Shown: one piece after another, positions 54,336 to 64,000 of the stretch
Numbering within the stretch: the stretch's first letter is position 1
How the letters are laid out: each line of letters starts with the position of its first letter
Assembly (NCBI GenBank): GCA_951406725.2
Contig: OX597829.1
Location: 17,732,001 to 17,796,000 of the forward strand
DNA length: 64,000 nt
Reading direction: 5' to 3'
From: Octopus vulgaris
Lineage: Eukaryota
The notes under the pieces: generated by a model
The model's input: only the letters and a program-made list of their open reading frames with translations
What the model was told of the DNA's origin: nothing
Databases searched by the model: none
Program-made: the position numbers and the translations under genes

Positions 54336-54479
54336 ATACATACACGACAAGATTATTTCAGTTTCTGTCTATCAAATCCACTCACGAAGCTTTGGTTGGC
54401 CCGAGGCCAGAGTAGAAAGTGCCACGGAGTGGGAGTGAACCCGGAACCATGTGGTTGGGAAGCAAGCTTCTTTGCACAC
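53929..54479 (-). mobile_element. SINE family A with expanded internal microsatellite
   Basis: Tail at 53929-54125, microsatellite, head at 54345-54479. Confidence 0.85.
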
Positions 54480-54958
54480 TGAAAGAATTCCTATATCCAG
54501 GCCTATTTTGTTCACGGGCACGCTTTTGAAAGATGATGCGATGCTATTGCTCGTCGCACTTATGTTGGGCAAAGTATATTTATACCTACTGGTATTTTTG
54601 CTAATGCTATCTTCGCTGTTTTAAACTGTTTTTGTTCAACTACTATTATTTTTTTTATTTTCTGTTATTTCTTTCTTCGTTGATAGATTTTAAAGTTTTA
54701 CTCAATGTAATACTTTATGTGAAGGGTTTCCGAAAACAAACTAAATTGTAAAATAAAAAGAAAGGAAACATTTGAAAATAAACGTCTTGTTGTCTAACTA
54801 CAGTGCGTAATAGGCATTCCGTAATGTTCAGTAATAGTCCTTATTTGAAATAACATCCAGAGTTAAAATGCGCTCAAAACACATTCGGAATTCTCCGAGG
54901 GAAAAAGTTTACCAAGCCTGAACGAAATCGTCCTCAAATAATATTACTAATAACAATT

Positions 54959-55428
54959 AAAGCAGTGAACGGGCATAATCGTTAGCATGCCGGATGGAAT
55001 GCGTAGCAGCATTTCGTCCGTCTTTACGTTTTGAGTTCAAATTCCACTGAGGTCGACTTCGCCTTTCATCCTTTCGGGGGTCGATAAAATAAGTTCTAGT
55101 TAAATACTGGGGTCGATCTAAGCGACTCCCCTTCCCCACCCCACACATACCGAACGAACTTGCTGGTCTTGTGCCAACTGTTAATAAATAATATATAATA
55201 TTATTACTAATAATTCTTTCTACTGTAGGCACATGGTCTGAAATTTGGGGAAGGAAGATATTCGATTAGGTCGACCCCAAGTGCTCAACTGGTACTTATT
55301 TTACCGACCTCGAAAGGATGAAAGCCAACGTTGACCTCGGCGGAATCTGAACTTAGAAAGTAAAGACGGACGAAATGTCGCTAAGCAGTTCACCTGGCGT
55401 GCTAATGGTTCCGCCAGCTTGCCGCCTT
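54959..55428. mobile_element. Tail-to-tail inverted pair of SINE family B variants
   Basis: Plus copy at 54959-55190 and minus copy at 55215-55428; the latter has TSD TATTATTACTAATAAT (55199-55214, 55431-55446). Confidence 0.85.
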
Positions 55429-56025
55429 AGTATTATTACTAATAATAATTGAATGTGGAGTATGAAATTATGTAAGTGTGAATTTAGAAATAATATCGGT
55501 TATAACATAGTCATTACATATGGAAATATAGGAGCAAAACTATATCAACCGCACTAATGGTGACATTATACGCTTCATAAAACATGGCTTAGGTAAGCAT
55601 TACCCATTACCCACAATCAACGTGTGAGTATACCTCAACTTAGATCCGGCAGCTTAATTTATACGAAACAAAATATATGTATTTTTACGGCCATGGCAAG
55701 CTAATTTTATCAAGTATCGCTTTTTTATATATTGTATATATAAAGAATGAATTTTGCATGTACACTTACAGTTGAAACATTTGTGTAACCATGTCGTTCT
55801 GGTGATATGATCAACTAGCTTTCTATGTCTGTATTGATTTGTAAATCTATAAATATATTTTACAATGCGTTGCAGTATATTGGTGAAGACATGTAAACAT
55901 AATTCATTATACACCGAAAATATCATTACACGATGAAGATTGCTAAATGTTCGTAATCTCAAGGATGACAAGTGGTTAAATAGATATATTTACCTCCTGA
56001 CTTTTCATCGATTATATACACACAC

Positions 56026-56079
<54 letters not shown>

Positions 56080-56099
56080 ATATATGTGTGTGTCTATAC

Positions 56100-56132
<33 letters not shown>

Positions 56133-56674
56133 TGAACATGCACGCTCAAGCGCCCACACACATACAAACTAAGTCGCCATTTGTGTTTCATATTTCATAT
56201 TAAATGTATTGTTATGAAGGAAGAGAGTATAAAGTCAAACATCTGCTGCAATGGAAGCAAATATTCTGATAAATATAATTTTAAATAGTGCTACTCGAAA
56301 CCTAAACACTGTTCTCTAGTGCTACCAAAGAAACGAATAATGGATCCGAAATTCATTATAGTTAGAAATAATGTTTATTAACCACGTGACTACTTTAAAG
56401 CATGCTGCACATTTATTTTTGGTGGGGGAGGTGCATTTTTACATTGCAGTGGATTTTAAATTGTTGAGGGAACGCGTGGTATCATGATAATAATTAACTA
56501 CGAGACTTCCTGTTCAACCATCCTCTATTCTTCAACTAACTCACAATTAATTTAATGAACTTTGAATACAACTAAAAATGTAAGACTTTCGAATCATTGA
56601 ACGAACATTTTTCTCTTCCAGTTTTGCCCTCTGTCTTTCGCTCTATTCCACTCTTTGTCTATCTCTGCCTTCTT

Positions 56675-56754
56675 CGTTCTGATGACGTCTACCATTTGTA
56701 ATGTGTTAAACACATATTTGCCTCAACTATGGTACACAGAAACAGCTGTAAACG
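56675..56754 (+). ncRNA. Type I hammerhead ribozyme with palindromic stem III
   Basis: Stem I CGUU/AACG; core CUGAUGA (56679-56685); stem II UACCAU/AUGGUA with a mismatched base and an inner hairpin; GAAA; ACAGCUGU; cleavage triplet GUA at 56748-56750. Confidence 0.75.
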
Positions 56755-56849
56755 CACTCTTTCTTTCACCTTGCTTAATTAATTAAATAATAGCTTTTTA
56801 GCATCACAGACACACTTCTATTTGTTGTTTTTCCTCTATTTTCTTATCG

Positions 56850-56958
<109 letters not shown>

Positions 56959-56987
56959 CACACATGTATATATATGTATATATATAC

Positions 56988-57044
<57 letters not shown>

Positions 57045-57108
57045 CATACATATATATATGCATGTGTGTGTATATATGCATAGGTACGTATTGTATAGAT
57101 ATATGTGT

Positions 57109-57143
<35 letters not shown>

Positions 57144-57672
57144 CGGTTCTATTTGTTTTTTATCTTTACGTATTGATTTGCACACCTATAAATTTAAGTG
57201 AATATGTACTTAATTCATTGGATAAATATTTTTGACTATTAATAACTTCTGCTTATTACCTACTATTTTAACAAATTATAAATATGTTAGCCCCAATATT
57301 AATACGATTCTTACATACGTGGTACATTACTATTTATTATCTATCTCTATACATTCTACCTATTATCCAGAGTGTATTAATATATATTTACTTTCTCTCT
57401 AATTTTACACCCTATGCCCCACTTAAAGGGTTAATACCAAATGTATCCATATAACAATATCTAGTTTGCTGTAATGTTATGTATACTTAACACCTGATAA
57501 CACAACGGAATATCTTTTTTCTGCCTCTGGCGAGATTTTGCTTTATAAAACGATTTATTTATCATAAGTGTAATCATTAAAATACGAATCGAAACAACTG
57601 TAAGAGATTATGCTTATTTTTGTAGTTAATATATATACTTATTAATTGATTTATCTCCATTTTCTTATTTTT

Positions 57673-57732
<60 letters not shown>

Positions 57733-57733
<1 letters not shown>

Positions 57734-58098
57734 CACCTTGATCACCTTGACCGACCAGTCCGTCGGGCGTCCATTTGACACCGCTGGTGACAGCACGTTG
57801 TCCACTCTTCTCTGGATCACGCCTTTCTCATCCATGTGATCCCAATCGTCCTCCTGAAATCGTAACTCCACCGTCGTGGGGCCTTTCCGGGTGGTCGTTT
57901 CCGTTCACGCGGGTACCACTCAACAACTGCGCGGGTCAACCAAGGCAGAGGCAAGGAGTCGAGGCGTAATATGTGCAACTGCTCAGGGAGGCAAATTCCG
58001 GATGCACCACCGACATAGCTCTGCTGTCATCACCCGAATGAGTACCGGTCGAGAAGGGAGTGGAGCAAGGAGATACGATCTCTCCAAAACTTTTCACA

Positions 58099-58100
<2 letters not shown>
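57733..58100 (-). mobile_element. RTE-clade LINE with 5' inversion
   Basis: Minus 57733-57940 gives LTRAVVEWYPRERKRPPGKAPRRWSYDFRRTIGITWMRKA*SREEW plus tail. Plus 57942-58100 gives QGVEA*YVQLLREANSGCTTDIALL..PVEKGVEQGDTISPKLFTA (RT QG motif). Confidence 0.88.
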
Positions 58101-58163
<63 letters not shown>

Positions 58164-58372
58164 CCACTGATCTCGTAAGGAGCAAAATAGCTATTTCTAA
58201 AATATCTGAATGGGGTATAAGTAGTAACTATACTAGATGGAAACGTTTTCATGCCACTATAACATGGCTGTTCTATAAAGAACTATGTTACTACATTTTG
58301 ACTGTCTACCGCTTCTCTGTTTGTATATTATGAGTAGGGGAAAGGGATTGTCATCACTAGCAGGCAGGTGTC

Positions 58373-58415
58373 CAGTACCGATGAAGCGTTAAGACCCGCA
58401 AACCATGGTCTACTG
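58373..58415 (+). ncRNA. Minimal type I hammerhead motif, decayed
   Basis: Stem I CAGUA/UACUG; core CCGAUGA-A; short stem II; G(C)AAA; palindromic ACCAUGGU; cleavage triplet GUC. Confidence 0.6.
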
Positions 58416-60910
58416 CTCTTGCCAAGTTGGAGGGGAATGCTTCACTCCTTTACTCACAATATATCGGACACAAATCGTGTGTCGTTAACCAGCTGGAAAA
58501 AACGTTTTCCTGAGGTTAAAATGTAGTAACAGAATGTGAGTGTGTATGTATGTACATACATACATACATACATACATACATACATACATACATACATACA
58601 TACATACATACGTACATGCACACATACATACATACATACATACATACGTGTATGTGTGTATATATGTATGCTATCACATTTAGTTTTCTTTTCGAATTTA
58701 ACCGGAAAACTCTTTGCTGAACATAGAAATATATCTTTTCAACCATGTAGGTTTCTTGTAGTTTGAACAATCAGGGTTTGATTCTATCTATATTTTTTCT
58801 ATCTGTACAGTATTTGTGTGGGCTGCGCCATGCTGAGTAAATTTAAAATAGTATCATTATCAGATTCTGCATTGTATAACTGTTAATTCTACACAATTTC
58901 CGACAAGCTGAAAGATAAACAATCTAACAAGGATTATGTTAAATTTGAAAGTAAGTTATATAGTAAAATATACGGTCTTATCAAAAGTCATACTCCTGTA
59001 CATAATCAGAAATTGGGTTAAAATAACTGGAATGTCAGCAATGCAATGACATTTTTCTTTTACTATTTTCTCTGGAAAATAATTGTATTTTTCTTGCCAA
59101 CAAGGGAGCCTCTACGTAGTTGCTTGAATATAACAGCTAAATAACAGCTAGATCTTATTCAAATCAGAACCTACCGCCTTTACAACAGGTGAAGTGCACA
59201 GCATTAGATAATCGTAAGTACCCAAACATAAAACCGGGTAGTCGTGGCTGGGTTGACTTTCATCATATATTTATTCGATTAGTGTTGAAATGACTTATAA
59301 AGCAAGCCGCAATTATTATTGAAATCCCCGCGAATGTCAACTAGTGTTATATGGAATTTGCAGGCAAGAAGTTGCAACCAAAGCGCTACGAAATCCTACC
59401 ATACTTTTTTGAAAATAAGAGAGTGCTCTTTAGATATTGAAGTCCTAAATAGTTTGACGAAATTTGTAAACACAAATATGTTACAAATATTTCAGACAGA
59501 GTCGGGGTATTTAATGTAGAAAGAAACTCTCAAGGGAGCTGAGCAGCAGAGGTTTTTCAGAAAAGAAACCTCACTACGGCAAGTGTTTTAGCCCTTGATT
59601 TTTTACTCTCTAAGGGAGCCGGTCCGCATCCAGATTATCACTCCTGGGAGCCCTTCTACTGATACGTTTTACTCAACTTTGAAACTTATACTTACAGAAA
59701 ATCTGTCATGGAAGCTGTGTAATGTTTTCAAATTAGTTCCTGTAATTTGCGACACCCTCTGTTGGGTATTACCGTTTCTTGCTCTCATTTGAGACAATAG
59801 CAAGGATATTTGCTGCATGGGTAGACTGTTGGCTTTCAATAGTGAACGTGCCCTTGACTGCGACCTGAAGAGAACTAATAAAGGGCAACTTACCGCCTTG
59901 GCACAACGAGGAAGAAACAGCTGTCATCTCCTTAGATGCCAACGTTTACTTCAGGATAACAGTAGTTATATAAACGAGTAAGTGGACAAACGAAAGAAAA
60001 GGTCAATCAACATATTTAGTAGGAATTATATGTATTATTTAAAACAATTTGATTCCGTTCTGTGCTACTTCAATTTTTGCATGCCCCTAACAGGATCCCA
60101 ACTTTCCATTCGGTATTCCAAAAGCCTGAAGGAGTCGCGCTTCTGTTGGGGGAATGCGAAACTTGGAGTAACATATTATATAACATTTCGTGTGCTTGGT
60201 TTTCATTCGTTACGCAATTCAAAATATTTTGTTTACAGACGGCAAAATATGAATTTCGGATGGTATCTTTTCAAGTAGTACATTCATTTTCTCAGGAAAA
60301 CTCAAAATTTCACACTTGTCGTAAATCTGTTCCTAAGATTTTACATATTTTCGTATACAAAAACGCATGCCTACTTTCTGAAAAATTGTAGACAGCGAAT
60401 TAATCGGTATTTAAATTTACTTTTAGTCAACCAAATCAACAAAAAATGTTTGTATCATTTTCTTACTGCAAATAACTGCATATGCGATAAGTTTATGGTA
60501 CATTTTCCCGTCTGCTTATGTATGTTTAAACATGATACGCTCGCTTTTACAAGAATAAATCCGCATAATAGCATTTCTTAAAGAGATTAGTCTATAATTA
60601 CAAAGAACTGCATCCCAGACAGTAATTCTCAATGTTTCATTATAATATATTAAAAGTTCTTTGGCTCGTTACACCTTTGTTATTTTCTTTAAAAAAATCG
60701 AAAGAATAATATAAAATGTCTGAAAGAGAGAAAGCGATCGTTTAAAATTCTTTTTTTTTTTTCAACTATACAGTTTTTATTCTCTCTATTTTTAGATCAA
60801 ATTTCACAAAAAAGTGTAATAGCTAGATAAATATATTTGATATTATTTTACTAGGTTCACTCTTTGAATTACAGCTGATGCTTAACATTTATACACATAC
60901 ACACACACAC

Positions 60911-60977
<67 letters not shown>

Positions 60978-61030
60978 CACTCTCTCTCACACACACATAC
61001 ACACATATATAGGTATGTATATATATATCT

Positions 61031-61340
61031 GGAGGCGCAATGGCCCAGTGGTTACGGCAGCGGATTCGCGGTTGTAGGATCGCGGTTTCGATTCCTAGAC
61101 CGGGCGTTGTGAGTGTGTATTGAGCAAAAACACCTAAAGCTTCACAAGGCTCCGGCAGGGGGTGGTGGCGATCCCTGCTGTACTCTTTCGCCACAACTTT
61201 CTCTCACTCTTTCTTCTGTTAGCCTGCTCGCTTAGCCAGCGGGGTGGCGTCATTTGAAGGCTAAAACAATGTGAAGTGCATTGTGACCAGCGATGTGTAG
61301 CAACATCTGATAGCCTGGTCGGTAACGGTGGTCACGGTGA
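61031..61340 (+). mobile_element. SINE family C, full length
   Basis: GGAGGCGCAATGGCCCAGTGG (box A), GGTTTCGATTCC (box B), RTE-like tail. Confidence 0.92.
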
Positions 61341-61978
61341 AATATATATATCTATGCTGACATAGATTATTCTATTAGTAACATTTTAATTTAAAAAGTA
61401 TATATACATTTCAATGCTTGAATTTAATTCGGATACTCGATAACTGGCAGCCCATCAAATAGATGGTGCTTAAATTTTATTGCTGGTGTATGGCAAGTAA
61501 GGCAATTGTGTTTTTATAGTTTTTTTTGTATTAGGTATTACCATTGCTGTTGAAGTCGTTGTTTTTGTTTGCTTTTGTTATTTTGTCCCTTTTTTTGTTT
61601 ATTTTGTTCATTGTTCGAAAATAGAAAATAGATTGAAATTTGATAGCCATATTGAAATTTGATCACTATGACATGATTTATTGCATTGTAATAATTATCC
61701 AACAAATCTAATAAGAATATTTCAACGAATATATTGAAGACGAATGAGGGCGTATAAACGACAGAAACATTATACGATTTGGAACTGTTTGCTAAAGAAT
61801 TATTTGGAAGGAAAGAGACATTTCAAACACAAACTTAAATAATATTAAAAAAGGGTGAAATTTGTCTACTCACCGTCTCACGAGTGCTATTGGATTCGAC
61901 GAGGTAGAACTGACAAGGTATCACAAACTCTGGTATGATATCCTATTCCAAGTATACATACATATGTACATGTCCAAA

Positions 61979-62033
<55 letters not shown>

Positions 62034-62186
62034 TAAATTAGAGATAAAACCACTATTAGGCAACTCAAACAGTGATAGACATAAACCAAAACATAAAAAA
62101 TTATAAAGAATTAATATAATATACACTATATATATATAAAATAATTTTAAATTATCTATATATATGTATGTATATATATATATGTG

Positions 62187-62217
<31 letters not shown>

Positions 62218-62389
62218 GTATGTATATATATATATGTGTGTGTGTGTCTATATATATATATATATATAAAGTTAAATATATTGATTCGTTTTTAGTACAT
62301 AACACATCACTTTTCTTCTCCTTTGCAAAAATCAACAGACGGGCACCAAATTTGTACAGAGTCAGATTAAGGCAAACAAAATACAAAAT

Positions 62390-63245
62390 ATGCCTTTAAA
62401 TTGCAAATTTCATGAACTTTGTCTTTTTGTGAGAGTGAGATCTCCGTCGAACGACCCAATAGCGGTGACCCTGAGGAGCTGCAGTTTTCATAGGTCTATG
62501 GTACAAATCGAGCGAAAGAAACAGTTGATATGCTCCTTATGCTTTTGTCAAGCCACATCCCGACCTCCTAGATAACATAATGAAGGAAAGAGAAGAAGTG
62601 CTCAATGATGACCCAGAATGTCTTGAAATCCTAAAAATAGCACCCAGAGCATCAAAGGCCGCAATGGAAACAGTTGAAACAGAACGATAGTGAGAAACAG
62701 AGACGGGCAAACAAGTGATGCAACCAGGAAAAGTGATGAACTCAAGCCCAAAACTAAAAGTAAAGACAAGAACAAAGACAAAACCTGAATCACCAGAACG
62801 AAAAACGAAGAAAACAAGGACAGAAACTGATAGAGTCCAGGCAGTATGTAAATTCTATTTAAATGGGACCTGTTTGCATAGAGAAAGGGGAGAGGCCTGC
62901 AGATTTTCCCATCCCAAGTCTTATCAGATCAACAAGCAGGGTAACAACCTCAAACAAAACCAGCAAAAACATAGAAGAGAGGGAAACCATCAAACATGGA
63001 CCTGCACCAACAGAAAGAAACAAGTCTGAAAAGGCAATATGCAGAGGCTCAACGAATTTTTTAACATGACCCAGAAGATAGTACTGCAGCTGAGATAGGT
63101 GTAAAGGAAGCAAATTCAAAACTATGTATTTCAGTGCAAAAGACCGCCACACGTGATGGATGAAGGATAGCTACCACTAACACCAGTAACACCTACTGAG
63201 ATATCACACCTATATTCTTAATAAACATCGGAGGTCTACATATCT
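62390..63245 (+). mobile_element. Decayed LINE ORF1-like region (Cys-rich remnant and CCCH zinc finger), possibly running into the start of ORF2
   Basis: Translation VCKFYLNGTCLHRERGEACRFSHPK (C-x7-C-x8-C-x3-H); upstream LNCKFHELC..ICSLC; downstream FLINIGGL resembles the endonuclease N-terminal N+.GL motif. Multiple stops and frameshifts. Confidence 0.5.
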
Positions 63246-63905
63246 CCTCACCTGGATTCCTTAGTCCTCGATAAAGATTTCAGAATGCAAGCTCCAATCT
63301 TCTGACCGCTGCAAGGCGTTTTCTATAGTAAACATATCTGAATCTCAAATATTGACTATATAAAATTCGCCTGATCCAGGTGCCTTCTTAAATTCCAAAG
63401 TAAAGTGTTTAGTCGATGTCCCCACGAGAGAAAATTCATGATGGGGACATGAGATTCCCTACTTCATGAACAGTGAACTGAGATCGTATATAAACTTAAT
63501 CTTTTCGGACACAACCCGAAAAGAATGCAAAACGGAAAGCGTTCAATTTAATGGAATATTTACATATTTCTAGTAAATCAGATGTTTTAACAAGCGGCTG
63601 CTCACAGTCCATTTCGGTCTTACTGAAGTGCACAATAAGACATGGCAAGTATTTTTTAGCTCTGTACCTAAAGCACTACAGTTATACAAGTATGTCCGTT
63701 CCCCTACCAAACTATTTCAAACCGTGCTGCTTTGTCGAAAAATGCACATGTCTTTAATCTGTCAACGTAATATTTCAGTTTGAACCTTTTCATTTTGATG
63801 TCACATTCCAGCGGACAGTTGTTGATAGGAAGATAATTTACTTAGTATCTGAAATGCACTTAAAAATTCTTTGATATTGATGGCGAAATACCTGCGACAT
63901 ATATA

Positions 63906-63985
<80 letters not shown>

Positions 63986-64000
63986 CATACATACATACAT

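Noticed and set aside
63416-63450. ATGTCCCCA...TGGGGACAT 9-bp inverted repeat
   Set aside because: A short stem of this kind is expected by chance in 64 kb, and there is no supporting context.

Overview
AT-rich eukaryotic DNA, most likely from a coleoid cephalopod (Octopus-like, inferred from the SINE families and microsatellite load). I recognise no host protein-coding exon, so it reads as intergenic or intronic. Almost all ORFs in the track are translations of (TA)n, (CA)n, (TATG)n, (AAT)n or (ATAG)n microsatellites. The window holds many copies of four tRNA-like SINE families and fragments of CR1/L2-group, RTE, L1/Tx1 and restriction-endonuclease-type LINEs. It also holds a Penelope-like GIY-YIG fragment, two decayed mariner elements, a FLYWCH-MULE transposon interrupted by an RTE insertion, a Helitron-like element and a 47-bp minisatellite with higher-order structure. 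The most notable unexplained signal is about a dozen type I hammerhead-ribozyme motifs of largely unrelated sequence (one with a fully canonical core at 10244-10304). Many sit inside short foldback (long inverted-repeat) elements embedded in (TA)n tracts, which suggests a diverse set of non-autonomous Penelope-derived or retrozyme-like elements. All alignments and folds were read by eye, and element boundaries are approximate.
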